From contig JAMJTW010000008.1 in assembly GCA_024281175.1 (NCBI GenBank), positions 15,341 to 79,340 on the forward strand: a stretch of 64,000 nucleotides of DNA. Reading direction: 5' to 3'. The stretch is from Candidatus Thiovulum imperiosus (GTDB lineage: Bacteria; Campylobacterota; Campylobacteria; Campylobacterales; Thiovulaceae). Under the pieces are notes generated by a model. That model searched no databases. It saw only the letters and a list, made by a program, of their open reading frames with translations, and had not been told where the DNA came from. Both the position numbers and the translations under genes were made by a program. This document shows, one piece after another, positions 38,204 through 48,163 of the stretch (position 1 is the stretch's first letter; the number at the start of each line of letters is the position of its first letter).

Positions 38204-39733
38204 TTAAAATTTAAGTCCTATAATTGTTACATCTTCAACCTGCTTTTTATCACCTTTTCTAAGGTTGAATTCATTTAAAAAGCTATCTTTTTGAGAAGTG
38301 AAAGGCTCTTTTTTTATCTTATTTAAAACTTCTGTAAATCCATTTTTACCAATCTCTTCTCTTCGCTTATCTCTTTTGATTTGTCTAAAATATCCATCAG
38401 TAGCGATGTAGAAAACATCATCTTTGGAACTTGTATCAATAGAGAACTCTCTTTTATCATCTTCAGGGATACCAGTAGCCATTCTATCACTATAGAGACC
38501 ATAATCATCAAAAACATTAAGATTAGTTGAAGTAAGTTGGAAAATAAATACTCCTTTTGAAGAGTAGTCTATTTTCTGATTTTTTCTATCAAAATAGGCG
38601 ATAAGTCCTTTAAATTCAACATCTTCAATTGCTTGAATACCATTTTCAATAAATTTACTTCTAATTCTCTTTTCTGTAAATTCTAAAACTTTTGCAGTTG
38701 AAAATATTCTATTATTTACACTATGTTTTAAAAGAATATCTTTCTCGATATCTTTCATGATAAGAGCCAACTCAAAAGAGTTGATATCTTTACTATATTC
38801 GTAATCAACCATAATTAGGAGTAAATCTTGATTTTTCTCAATCTCTGAAAAAAGATATATATCTCCACTCTCTGTATGAACTGCTTGAGAAGAGACAAAC
38901 ATCTCTCTAAAATATTTTTTGAATATCTCTCTATTTGGATTTAGGAAATTTATAATTTTTTCTAAATGAAATCTCTTTTGGGCCTCAATTTCAGATATCT
39001 CTTTTAACTCTTCTTTCTCCTTTTTCTCATCTTTCTCTTTTTTCTCTTCTTCACTTTCATTAGTTTTTCTTTTTAAATAGATGTTGATGAGGTGATTTAA
39101 CATAGTTTGAAATTTATTCTCAATATTTCTTAAACTTGATGAAATTTCTAGTTTATCATCACTTTTTGTGTTGTGTTGAATACCAAATCGAATAGCACTT
39201 ATATACTCTGCAAACAGTTTTTTGAATGCCCAGAATATAAGAAATACAATTGTAAATGTCTCAATTAGAGTTTTCAAAAAGAGAAGAAGTAGAGGTTTCT
39301 CAATTCTATACCAGATGGACCAGTTATCTGTAAATAGAGTTAATTTTGCTACCTTAATTTCTTTATCATTATAAGTGTAGAAAATATCTGTTGTTTTGGA
39401 AATTGCAGGACTTCTACCATTTTTTATAATATTTGTCTCAACATGCTTATTATCATAATTTATGATTTGAATTGCTGAAATTTCTCGATTTTGAAGTAGA
39501 CTATTTGTAATTCTTCCAATTTCAAATTTGTCATTTTTCCAAACAGCAACAGAGATAGAATTACTTGTTGCCGTAGATATATGTTTTAACTCTTTTAAAA
39601 TAGCCCTTTTACTCTCATTAAATTCAGCCACACTGAATATAACAAAATTTATAAATGCAACTCCTATAAAAATTCCTATAAATATCTTATAGATTTTTGG
39701 CGAAAAAAATTCATCTATGGACGGTTGAATCAC
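38204..39733 (-). CDS. Membrane-anchored PP2C/SpoIIE-like protein with degenerate metal motif
   Basis: Two TM helices flank an extracytoplasmic segment of about 110 aa, followed by a K/E-rich linker. C-terminus has ESGDIYLF, ATDGYFRQ, VEDVTIIGLKF, but MVDYEYSKD where DxxGHG is expected. Confidence 0.6.
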   Translation of the reverse strand: MIQPSIDEFFSPKIYKIFIGIFIGVAFINFVIFSVAEFNESKRAILKELKHISTATSNSISVAVWKNDKFEIGRITNSLLQNREISAIQIINYDNKHVETNIIKNGRSPAISKTTDIFYTYNDKEIKVAKLTLFTDNWSIWYRIEKPLLLLFLKTLIETFTIVFLIFWAFKKLFAEYISAIRFGIQHNTKSDDKLEISSSLRNIENKFQTMLNHLINIYLKRKTNESEEEKKEKDEKKEKEELKEISEIEAQKRFHLEKIINFLNPNREIFKKYFREMFVSSQAVHTESGDIYLFSEIEKNQDLLLIMVDYEYSKDINSFELALIMKDIEKDILLKHSVNNRIFSTAKVLEFTEKRIRSKFIENGIQAIEDVEFKGLIAYFDRKNQKIDYSSKGVFIFQLTSTNLNVFDDYGLYSDRMATGIPEDDKREFSIDTSSKDDVFYIATDGYFRQIKRDKRREEIGKNGFTEVLNKIKKEPFTSQKDSFLNEFNLRKGDKKQVEDVTIIGLKF

Positions 39734-39777
39734 GACTTAATTCCTTTTTTTATTTGATAAAATTTTATCAAAAAGTC

Positions 39778-40959
39778 TCAATTCAAATTTCTAATTACCA
39801 ATCCTAAATATAGAGTGCTATTGCTAAATTTTTCAAACCTATTTTTTCGAATTTGAAAAGTGTAGATTCCACTTTTTTGAGGATAGAGTTCTAAAACTTC
39901 GAAGTTATCAAATCTCCTAACTCCTCTCCAAAACAGCTCTTTTTCTTTAAAAACAAAAAGGTCTAAATCTAAATTCATCTTTTTCTCTCTCATTGCAAAA
40001 TTGCCATCAACAAGCCAAGAGATAGCAACTCGATATCTTTTTCCAGCTTCTAAATATCTACTCTTCTCAAGATATATTCCATTTTTGAAAAGAGAGACAT
40101 CGCTATTCCACCAAGCTTTATAGGAGTTTTCACCTCCCCATTTTATCTCTCCAACACCATTTTTAGAGATTGGAAAATCTCCTAAAGTTAAGATATACGC
40201 TTTAAGAAGTTGTGGTTGATATCGAAAACTCTTATATTTTGAGAGGAGATTTACTCCAAAAGCTGAAGTTACAAAAGGAGTGGAGAAACTTGAACCATGT
40301 TTTTTAGTTCCATCTGGAAATTTGAAAGAGCCATGGGAAAGAGTTTCTGGTTTTTCAGCATCACTACTTGGATTTCCTGTAATGGAATTTGGAATTCCAG
40401 AAACTTTTTTTGTGTAGTTTCCAACAGATATCACATTGTAGGCTTTTGCTGGGGAAGTTACATATTTACGACCATCTGGATAGATACCACTATCTCTATT
40501 TCCTCCTGCAACAAACATCGCCAATTTATGTTCCATCACATAATTGTCAAGATACTTATCGTGAACTCCATAAGTTTTTAAATCTGGTTCTCCAAATGGT
40601 GAAGTGTAGAGTCTATATGAGTGGTTACTTGCATATATCTTTGGAGAGAATTTTTCAGGTTCTATATCTACATTATATTCCATACAGTGAATGTATGTGT
40701 AAGGAGAACTTTCTAAAAGTATATGTCCAACTTCAGTAGCGTGTTTATCGCTATTTTCTACATCGTGAATTGTAACTCTACTACTATCCAAACCCTTTGG
40801 ACACTCATTTTCAAACTCCCACATCATAACACCAATTTTCTCATTTGTAGAATTTCTATATTTCGAGAAACCAGCCTCTTTTAAAGCATCTTTTACAGAT
40901 AGATATTTTGTGTACTCTCCAAAAAGGAGAATTGGAAAGAGTAGAGTTAAAAACTTCAT
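39778..40959 (-). CDS. Secreted subtilase (S8)-like protein
   Basis: Signal peptide; His motif DKHATEVGHIL, Asn motif FVAGGNRDSG, Ser motif HGSSFSTPFVTSA; canonical Asp motif not recognisable. Confidence 0.55.
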   Translation of the reverse strand: MKFLTLLFPILLFGEYTKYLSVKDALKEAGFSKYRNSTNEKIGVMMWEFENECPKGLDSSRVTIHDVENSDKHATEVGHILLESSPYTYIHCMEYNVDIEPEKFSPKIYASNHSYRLYTSPFGEPDLKTYGVHDKYLDNYVMEHKLAMFVAGGNRDSGIYPDGRKYVTSPAKAYNVISVGNYTKKVSGIPNSITGNPSSDAEKPETLSHGSFKFPDGTKKHGSSFSTPFVTSAFGVNLLSKYKSFRYQPQLLKAYILTLGDFPISKNGVGEIKWGGENSYKAWWNSDVSLFKNGIYLEKSRYLEAGKRYRVAISWLVDGNFAMREKKMNLDLDLFVFKEKELFWRGVRRFDNFEVLELYPQKSGIYTFQIRKNRFEKFSNSTLYLGLVIRNLN

Positions 40960-41483
40960 TTTACAAATAGTTGAACTAGCTCTTTTCCAGCAAAAACCTC
41001 ATCAGCTATAAATAATTTTTCGACATTTAAAAATAGGGGTACTGTTTTACTCTGAAGACCAATCATCTCTTTCTCAAAGTTACAAAAGAGAGCAGTTGAA
41101 GAGCTTTTTACTTTTGGAGGAAACTCATCAAATTTTCTCTCTAGTTCTATACCATACTTTTTAGCCTCACTCTCATTAGCTTCTAAACTTGTTCCACTCT
41201 GCTTCATCTTCTCTTCCTCAACTGAAGATACATTACAGATAGTCGCTTTTCCACTAACTCTAATATTTCGTAAAGTATCTTTAGGTGAACCATCTGGCTT
41301 TACTCCAATTGCAACCATCACAGTTGGAGGTTTAGTTGAGATGAGGTTGTAAAAGCTGAAAGGAGCAATATTTACAACCTCATCTAACTCTGTAACAATC
41401 CACCCAATCGGTCTTGGTGTAACAATTTTATAGAGAATTTCTTTCTTCTCTTTGTCGCTCATTTCTGAAGTTGTAAATATCAT
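40956..41483 (-). CDS. Flavin reductase-like FMN-binding protein
   Basis: TPRPIGWIVT...NIAPFSFYNLISTKPPTVMVAIG split-barrel signature. Confidence 0.7.
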   Translation of the reverse strand: MIFTTSEMSDKEKKEILYKIVTPRPIGWIVTELDEVVNIAPFSFYNLISTKPPTVMVAIGVKPDGSPKDTLRNIRVSGKATICNVSSVEEEKMKQSGTSLEANESEAKKYGIELERKFDEFPPKVKSSSTALFCNFEKEMIGLQSKTVPLFLNVEKLFIADEVFAGKELVQLFVK

Positions 41484-41803
41484 TTTAAACTATTCGCAAA
41501 GTAGAGTAGAACATTTACTACAAATATAGATATAAATTGTAGGGAGATTAGGAGAATTAGAGGTGCAATATCAACTCCGTTGAATGTTGTTGGAATTCGT
41601 CTTCTCATATAATCGTATACAGGTTCAGTTAATCTTCTAACTATTTGAACAAATGGATTGTATGGGTCTATATTTACCCAAGTCAATACAGCTCCTGCTA
41701 TTACAATTAGAATATACATAAAAATTAGACTATTTAGAAGAGTGGCTACTGACTCTAAAAATATCGCTATTACAACCATTTTTGCTCCAGAAATCTTTGG
41801 CAA
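41480..41803 (-). CDS. yggT: YggT-family membrane protein
   Basis: VRRLTEPVYDYMRRRIPTTFNGVDIAPLILLISLQF signature; about 100 aa with TM helices. Confidence 0.75.
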   Translation of the reverse strand: MPKISGAKMVVIAIFLESVATLLNSLIFMYILIVIAGAVLTWVNIDPYNPFVQIVRRLTEPVYDYMRRRIPTTFNGVDIAPLILLISLQFISIFVVNVLLYFANSLK

Positions 41804-41850
41804 AATTATACCGTTTTGTCCTTTTTGCTACAATTTGCGAAAAAGATAAA

Positions 41851-43221
41851 ATGAAGAGTAGAGAGTATCTGGATAGTATCTCTTCGGAGACAGTAAAAGT
41901 ATTAAAAGATTTACATGTAGATAAATTGTTTCAAAGAGAAAAGAGAGTGAGAATAGCTGTTACAGGATTGAATAGAAGTGGAAAAACCATTTTTATAACC
42001 TCTTTAATAAATCAACTTCTCTCTGGAGAGAGAGTGAAAAGATTAGAAAGAGAGTTTGTAACAAGAATACTACCCATAGATTATGGAGATGAGTTTCCAT
42101 ATAGAAATATAGTATCAGATTTAAGAAAAAGTCCTCCAAAATGGCCTCAATCTACAAGTTCCATTTCAAGAGTTTTACTCCAATTGGAAATTAAAAGTGG
42201 TAGCTCATTTTTTCCAAATAGAATTATAGAAGTTGAAATTACAGATTATCCGGGTGAATGGCTCTTAGACCTCTCTATGTTTGGAAAGAATTTTGAGAAG
42301 TGGAGCGAAGAGATTTTAAGAGAGTTCAAATCAGATTTGGGTTCTGATTTCTGGAACGAGATAAAGAAACAAGATATATATGGATATAGTGGTGGAAAAG
42401 AGGAAGTTCTCATAGAAAAGTATAGAAAATATCTCCATGCTCTGCATGAAAAGGGGTACTCTCTACTTCAACCTGGTCGTTATCTTCAAGAGGGCAATCT
42501 TGTTGGTAGTGAAATTTTTCTTTTTACTCCTCTACCAAAACCAGACGATTTTGATGAGGTTCATGAAGAGTCTCTTTATAAAAAATTTCAAATTAGATAT
42601 GAACACTATATTGACACTATCGTAACTCCTTTAGCTCTAAACTATTTTGCCCAATTTGATAGACAGATAATTTTAGTAGATGTTATAAAATCTCTCAACA
42701 GTGGATATGACTCATTTATAGATATGACAAAAGCTGTTAAAAATATAATAGAAATTTATAAATATGGAGACCAGAGTTTTTTAAGGGGAGTTTTAGAAAA
42801 AAAGATAGATAGAGTTCTTTTTGCAGCAACAAAAGCTGACTATATCGCTTCAAGCCAACATAAGAAATATAAAATGCTTCTTGAAACAGTTGTTGAAGAG
42901 GCAAAACGGGAACTCTCTGTAAAAGGTGTTGAGACAAAAAGTATAATTCTCTCTTCTGTCAAATCGACAAAAGATAAGATAAGAGAGTATAAAGGTAGAG
43001 AACTTCACTGTCTTTTGGGAAAAGTTGCTGGTAGTGAAGAGGAGACAGTTGAGTATACAGGTGAACTGCCTGAAAAGTTTCCAAGTCGAAGTGAATGGAA
43101 GGAGAACATGTTCTCATTTGTAAAATTCTCACCAACACCATTTCCAGATAGAGATATTGAAGCAGTACCACATATAAATATGGATATTGCAATTGAGTAT
43201 CTTATAAAAGATAAGATTTAG
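41851..43221 (+). CDS. ycjX: YcjX-family P-loop NTPase
   Basis: RVRIAVTGLNRSGKTIFITSLINQLL closely resembles the E. coli YcjX N-terminus. ATG 41851 is preferred over ORF-track 41782, which overlaps yggT. Confidence 0.8.
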   Translation: MKSREYLDSISSETVKVLKDLHVDKLFQREKRVRIAVTGLNRSGKTIFITSLINQLLSGERVKRLEREFVTRILPIDYGDEFPYRNIVSDLRKSPPKWPQSTSSISRVLLQLEIKSGSSFFPNRIIEVEITDYPGEWLLDLSMFGKNFEKWSEEILREFKSDLGSDFWNEIKKQDIYGYSGGKEEVLIEKYRKYLHALHEKGYSLLQPGRYLQEGNLVGSEIFLFTPLPKPDDFDEVHEESLYKKFQIRYEHYIDTIVTPLALNYFAQFDRQIILVDVIKSLNSGYDSFIDMTKAVKNIIEIYKYGDQSFLRGVLEKKIDRVLFAATKADYIASSQHKKYKMLLETVVEEAKRELSVKGVETKSIILSSVKSTKDKIREYKGRELHCLLGKVAGSEEETVEYTGELPEKFPSRSEWKENMFSFVKFSPTPFPDRDIEAVPHINMDIAIEYLIKDKI

Positions 43222-44903
43222 TGGAACAGACAGTTTTAGCATTAAAATATAGACCGAAGAATTTTGATGAACTGATTGGACAGGAAACAGTTTCCAGAAC
43301 TCTCAAATTTACACTTCAGAGTGGAAATATTGGAACAGGATATCTCTTTTCTGGACTTCGAGGTAGTGGAAAAACCTCATCAGCAAGGATATTTGCAAAA
43401 TCTATTCTTTGTGAAAATCTGATAGATGGAAATTCGTGTGAAGAGTGTGATAACTGTCTTAGTGCAAACTCAAATTCTCATATCGATATTATCGAAATGG
43501 ACGGTGCTTCAAACCGAAAAATAGATGATATTCGAGACCTCATCGACCAAACTCAATATAAACCCTCAGTTGGAAAGTATAAAATCTTTATAATTGATGA
43601 GGTTCATATGCTCACAAAAGAGGCATTCAATGCTCTCCTTAAAACTCTTGAAGAGCCTCCAGAGTATGTAAAATTTATCTTAGCAACAACTGACCCTCTA
43701 AAACTTCCTCCAACTATTTTAAGTAGAACTCAACACTTTCAATTTCATAGAATTGATGAACATCTAGTTTTAAATCATCTACAAGAAATACTTCAAAAAG
43801 AGAATATCTCTTACGAAGTTGAAGCTCTAAAAAAAGTTGTTCATAGTGGTAATGGTTCCCTTCGAGATACTCTTACTCTTCTTCAGCAAGGTATTGTCTA
43901 CTGTAATGGAGATATTGCATTATCTAAAATAGTTGAAATGTTGGGGTTAATTGACCCTGAAGTTTTAGAAAAGCTCTTGGAATTTGTAGAGAGTGGAAAT
44001 AGAGAAGAGCTAATTGGTAGTATAAAATCTCTGGAAAAGTATGAAGCTGAACTTATCTTAGATGAATTTATCTCTACTCTTAAATCTAAACTTATCTCTG
44101 GAACTCTATCCATAGAACTTTCTGAACGAATTTTTAGAGCTTTAAACGAAGGAAAACTTCTTCTATCTAATGGTTCTGATAGCTCTTTTGTTTTATATCT
44201 AACTTTCCTGAAAATGGTTACAGTTCCTGTTGAAACTAGAGAAATTGTTAGAGAAGTCGTAAAAGTAGAAAAGCGTGAAGCTCCTAAAACAGAAACCAAA
44301 ACTCCAAAACCTGAAACTCAGACTCCTGAAGAGTTCTTTTGGAATAGTGTCTTAAAAAATATATTGTGGAGTAGTGACGATAGTAAAATTTCTGATGAAG
44401 TTTTAGAAATGTGCATTCGAGAAAAGGTCAGATTTCTAAGTTTTGAAAATGGTGTTATCTCCTTAGAAATATCTATTGATGGAAAATGCGGGAAGATTGT
44501 AAAAGCTAGGTCTCGAGCCATACAATTTTCTACTACTTCCAAATTTGGAGATAAATACTCCACAAAGACAAAATGCAATTGTATAACTCGAGAAGAGAGA
44601 CCTATTTCTGAAATACCTGTTGTAGAAATACCTACTTTAGAAGAGAGACCTGTTTCTGAAACTCCTGTTGTAGAAATGCCTGTTTTAGAAGAGAGACCTA
44701 TTTCTGAAGTGCCTGTTGTAGAAATGCCTGTTTTAGAAGAGAAACATGTTTCTGAAATACCTGTTGTAAAAATGCCAACTTTAGAAGAGAAACATGTTTT
44801 TGAAATGCCAACTTTAGAAGAGAGACCTATTTCAAAAGAACAGTTTCTAAAAGATGCGGAAGAGGTTTTTGGAAAGAAATTTGAAAAGAGGAGTAAGACT
44901 TGA
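43221..44903 (+). CDS. dnaX: DNA polymerase III subunit tau
   Basis: Walker A GLRGSGKTSSARIFAK, Zn module CENLIDGNSCEECDNC, Walker B FIIDEVHMLT, SRTQHF sensor; GTG start sharing 1 nt with the ycjX stop. Confidence 0.9.
   Translation: MEQTVLALKYRPKNFDELIGQETVSRTLKFTLQSGNIGTGYLFSGLRGSGKTSSARIFAKSILCENLIDGNSCEECDNCLSANSNSHIDIIEMDGASNRKIDDIRDLIDQTQYKPSVGKYKIFIIDEVHMLTKEAFNALLKTLEEPPEYVKFILATTDPLKLPPTILSRTQHFQFHRIDEHLVLNHLQEILQKENISYEVEALKKVVHSGNGSLRDTLTLLQQGIVYCNGDIALSKIVEMLGLIDPEVLEKLLEFVESGNREELIGSIKSLEKYEAELILDEFISTLKSKLISGTLSIELSERIFRALNEGKLLLSNGSDSSFVLYLTFLKMVTVPVETREIVREVVKVEKREAPKTETKTPKPETQTPEEFFWNSVLKNILWSSDDSKISDEVLEMCIREKVRFLSFENGVISLEISIDGKCGKIVKARSRAIQFSTTSKFGDKYSTKTKCNCITREERPISEIPVVEIPTLEERPVSETPVVEMPVLEERPISEVPVVEMPVLEEKHVSEIPVVKMPTLEEKHVFEMPTLEERPISKEQFLKDAEEVFGKKFEKRSKT
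44592..44835 (+). repeat. In-frame 48-bp tandem repeat array in the dnaX 3' region
   Basis: Units start at 44592, 44640, 44688 and 44736; a 33-nt unit starts at 44784 and a partial unit at 44817. They encode EE(R/K)(P/H)(I/V)SE.PVVE.P.L. Confidence 0.9.
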
Positions 44904-45613
44904 AAAGTGTTGTTGTAATTCCAGCTAGGTTGAAATCGACTAGATTGCCAAACAAAGTTCTTTTAGATATTGGTGGGAAGAGCTTAATTCATAGAGTTTA
45001 TGAAAGAGTAAAACTTGCAAAATTGCCAAGTGAAATTTTAGTTGCTACGGATAGCGATGAGGTTCTAAAAGAGGTAGAGAGTTTTGGAGGAAAAGCAATT
45101 TTAACATCAGAAAAACACAATTCAGGAACAGATAGAGTTGCAGAAGTTGTTGAGAATTTGGAAGTAGAAGTTGTCATAAATCTTCAAGGTGATGAACCTT
45201 TGATAGAGTCAAATCTTATAGATGCTCTTATAGAGACTTTTAAAGATAGTAGAGTGAATTTTGCAACCGCCAAACATAAAATTTCAGAAGATGAGGCTCA
45301 CAACCCAAATGTTGTAAAAGTGATTGTGGATAAAAATAGAGATGCTATCTACTTTTCAAGAAGTCCAATACCATTTCATAGAGATGGTGATGAGGTTGTG
45401 AACTATTTTCAACATATTGGAATTTATGGATATAGAAAAGAGACTCTTCAGAAATATGCGAAACTGGAACAGACTCTCTTTGAGAAAGCAGAAAAATTAG
45501 AACAACTTCGAGCTATTGAAAATGGATATAAAATTAGAGTTATTGAAACTGAATATGTGTCAATTGGAGTTGATACAGTTGATGATTTGGAAAGAGTCCG
45601 AAAGATGTTTTAA
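44900..45613 (+). CDS. kdsB: 3-deoxy-manno-octulosonate cytidylyltransferase
   Basis: VVIPARLKSTRLPNKVL, INLQGDEPL, IGIYGYRK motifs; TTG start overlapping the dnaX stop. Confidence 0.85.
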   Translation: MKSVVVIPARLKSTRLPNKVLLDIGGKSLIHRVYERVKLAKLPSEILVATDSDEVLKEVESFGGKAILTSEKHNSGTDRVAEVVENLEVEVVINLQGDEPLIESNLIDALIETFKDSRVNFATAKHKISEDEAHNPNVVKVIVDKNRDAIYFSRSPIPFHRDGDEVVNYFQHIGIYGYRKETLQKYAKLEQTLFEKAEKLEQLRAIENGYKIRVIETEYVSIGVDTVDDLERVRKMF

Positions 45614-45630
45614 AAATATTTGCTGTTCTT

Positions 45631-45663
45631 ATCACCTCAAATGGAGAGGTCTTCTCTCCATTT
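45631..45663. terminator. Perfect 10-bp hairpin that doubles as an inverted copy of the intergenic repeat module
   Basis: AAATGGAGAG-GTCTT-CTCTCCATTT (45639-45663). 45632-45650 is the exact reverse complement of ACCTCTCCATTTGAGGTGA at 22040-22058. Lies between convergent kdsB and the kinase gene. Confidence 0.7.
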
Positions 45664-47971
45664 ACAAATATTTACTTAATATCTTATCAAGTTCACTTTT
45701 ATCTATTGGCTTAGAGAGGTAATCGTCCATTCCATAAGAGATAAACCTTTCTCTGTCTCCTTTAATTGCATTTGCAGTTAGGGCGACAATTGGAGTATGT
45801 TCTAAATTTTTCTCTTTTTCAAGCTCTATAATATTTTGAGTTGCTTCAAGACCATTCATTACAGGCATATTGATATCCATAAGAACTAGGTCAAATTTAT
45901 CTTCTGCAAACTTATCAATTCCAGCTTGACCATCTTCAGCAATGATAACTTCTATCTCTAACATCTCTAGCATAAATGAGATAAGTTGTTGATTTACATC
46001 ATTATCTTCAACAACAAGTATCTTTTTGCCACTGAACGAAATTTCTTGGTGAGAACTTTCTACCTCATCACTAACTACGGAAAGTTTATCAACATATTTT
46101 ACAAGAGCATCAAAGATTTTAGAACCGTTAATTGGGTGGTGAACTATTTCACTAAAGTTCTCTTTTTCACCATCTGAAATTTGGTACTGTTTATCTGTAA
46201 TTAGAATTCTTGAGATATCTTTCTCTTCTAACTCTTCAAGCACTTCTAAATCTATTACAGTTGTTAAGAAAATAACAGTTTTTGGAAAAGATGTATGTTC
46301 AAGTTCTGACATAGATGAGAAAAATATATAATTTAGTTCAAACGCTTTTAAATAATCTTCTAAAAGCTCCTCATATATCTTTGTGTCAAAAGATGTGTAA
46401 ATTGCTACATTTAAATCTACATTCTCTTTAAATTTATGAGGATATTTATGAGACTCAATTTTGAAATCTATCTCAAAAAAGAATTTACTACCTTTATCCA
46501 CTTCACTCTCTAACTGTAATCTGCTTCCCATTAAAGAAATTAGTTTTGTAGAAATTGCCAGTCCAAGTCCAGTACCACCAAACTTTCTGGAAGTGCTTGT
46601 GTCTGCTTGAGAGAAAGGTTTAAAAATTAGTTCCTGTTTTTCAGGAGGAATTCCAACTCCTGTATCCTCTACTGAAAAGAGAACTTTTACACTATCTTCA
46701 TTTTCACTAATTTTTGTTATATAAATTCTAACAACACCACCATCTGGAGTAAATTTAATTGCATTTCCGATGAGGTTTATCAAAATCTGTTTAATTCTCA
46801 ATGAATCTCCAAAAACACTTTCTGGAAGTTTTGGGTGAATAAATGAGATAAGTTTTATACTCTTTTCATAAGTCTTTGCTGAAAATAGCTCTACAACAGG
46901 TTCAAACTCTTCAAAAAGGTTAAACTCGATAGATTCTATATCCAGTTTTCCAGACTCAATTTTTGAGAAATCAAGAATATCATTTATGATATCAAGAAGA
47001 CTACTTGCACTCTTAGAGATGATATTTACAAATTCTCTCTGCTGGGTATTTAAATTACTCTTTTTAAGAACTTCTGAGAAACCTATGATACCGTTCATTG
47101 GAGTTCGTATCTCATGACTCATATTTGCTAAAAAATCAGATTTTGCCTTATTTGACTGCTCTGCCTGAACAATTGCATCTTCAAGTTTTGTAATATTATT
47201 TAAAGTAATAGAATAATCAGCTTGATTCTCCTCAGGTAGGTTTGTGATATTGATATCAAAAATGAGTTTTTTCCCATTTTTATCCATCATTTGAACTTTT
47301 TTGATACCTTTCTTTATTATGATATCAGCCCAAGCACCAGCATCTTGAAGTTCAGGATAGTTTATAAATAGTTCATTAATATTTGTATGTTTTGATTTAA
47401 AGTCTAATATATTTTGGAAATTGAAAGTTTCAAAAAACTTCTTGTTCATAAAGAGAATCTCGTCATCTTTTGTAAATAGAACAGCAATTGCAGATTGACT
47501 ATTTAAAACTGTTGCAAATAAGTTTCTTTCTAATTCAGATTCTTTTTTTCTCTCTTCAGAAACCCTTTTATTATAAAAGTTTATAGCTATCTCTTCAAGT
47601 CTCGCTCTAAACTTTTTCATATCAACAGGTTTTGTAATATAGTGGTCTATTCCTATATCAATCGCCTGCATAAGAAAATTTGAGTCATTATATGCTGAAG
47701 ATATAATAATAGGTACTCTCTTATTTATCTCTTTTATAGCTTGAGACATCTCCAAGCCATTCATTTCAGGCATATTTACATCTGTAAGAATGACATCTAT
47801 ATGCTCTTTTTGAAAAATCTCAAGTCCAATTTTTCCGTTTTCAGCTTGATATATCTCTCCAAACATTCTTTTAAGACTTCGCTCAAAAGTCTTTCTAGTC
47901 ATCTCCTCATCTTCAACATAGAGGATTGTCATTCTTTTTAACTCTTTTTTTAAATCAAACTCTTCAACCAT
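45662..47971 (-). CDS. Hybrid sensor histidine kinase (REC-PAS-HisKA-HATPase-REC)
   Basis: N-terminal REC ([13 protein letters not shown]), H-box [29 protein letters not shown]-terminal REC ([13 protein letters not shown]). Confidence 0.85.
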   Translation of the reverse strand: MVEEFDLKKELKRMTILYVEDEEMTRKTFERSLKRMFGEIYQAENGKIGLEIFQKEHIDVILTDVNMPEMNGLEMSQAIKEINKRVPIIISSAYNDSNFLMQAIDIGIDHYITKPVDMKKFRARLEEIAINFYNKRVSEERKKESELERNLFATVLNSQSAIAVLFTKDDEILFMNKKFFETFNFQNILDFKSKHTNINELFINYPELQDAGAWADIIIKKGIKKVQMMDKNGKKLIFDINITNLPEENQADYSITLNNITKLEDAIVQAEQSNKAKSDFLANMSHEIRTPMNGIIGFSEVLKKSNLNTQQREFVNIISKSASSLLDIINDILDFSKIESGKLDIESIEFNLFEEFEPVVELFSAKTYEKSIKLISFIHPKLPESVFGDSLRIKQILINLIGNAIKFTPDGGVVRIYITKISENEDSVKVLFSVEDTGVGIPPEKQELIFKPFSQADTSTSRKFGGTGLGLAISTKLISLMGSRLQLESEVDKGSKFFFEIDFKIESHKYPHKFKENVDLNVAIYTSFDTKIYEELLEDYLKAFELNYIFFSSMSELEHTSFPKTVIFLTTVIDLEVLEELEEKDISRILITDKQYQISDGEKENFSEIVHHPINGSKIFDALVKYVDKLSVVSDEVESSHQEISFSGKKILVVEDNDVNQQLISFMLEMLEIEVIIAEDGQAGIDKFAEDKFDLVLMDINMPVMNGLEATQNIIELEKEKNLEHTPIVALTANAIKGDRERFISYGMDDYLSKPIDKSELDKILSKYL

Positions 47972-48163
47972 CTGGTATCTCTTATCCTAGAAACTATTTT
48001 TATTTGCTGTATCTTAACGAAGATTATAGCAAAAGTTGTTTTCTGAAATTTTTATTCTCTCGGAGAGTTTGAAGCTATTTTTGATTACTTCTAAAAATTT
48101 ATATAGTTTTGAGTTTAGATAAAATTTTTTCAAATAATTATAGAGATTTGAGAAGAAAAACTT

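Noticed and set aside
41782-41850. 5' extension of the ycjX ORF overlapping the yggT start on the other strand
   Set aside because: The YcjX-homologous sequence starts after the internal ATG at 41851, and the upstream codons lie in the yggT coding and promoter region.
43829-44360. Possible tau/gamma programmed frameshift sites in dnaX (A7 run at 43829-43835; A AAA AAT at 44354-44360, with -1 frame stops a few codons downstream)
   Set aside because: The first site would truncate after about 205 aa, before the oligomerisation domain. The second has no adjacent stimulatory hairpin or upstream SD-like element that I can see, and A-runs with nearby off-frame stops are common in this AT-rich DNA. 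The second site would only be worth testing by western blot or mass spectrometry.
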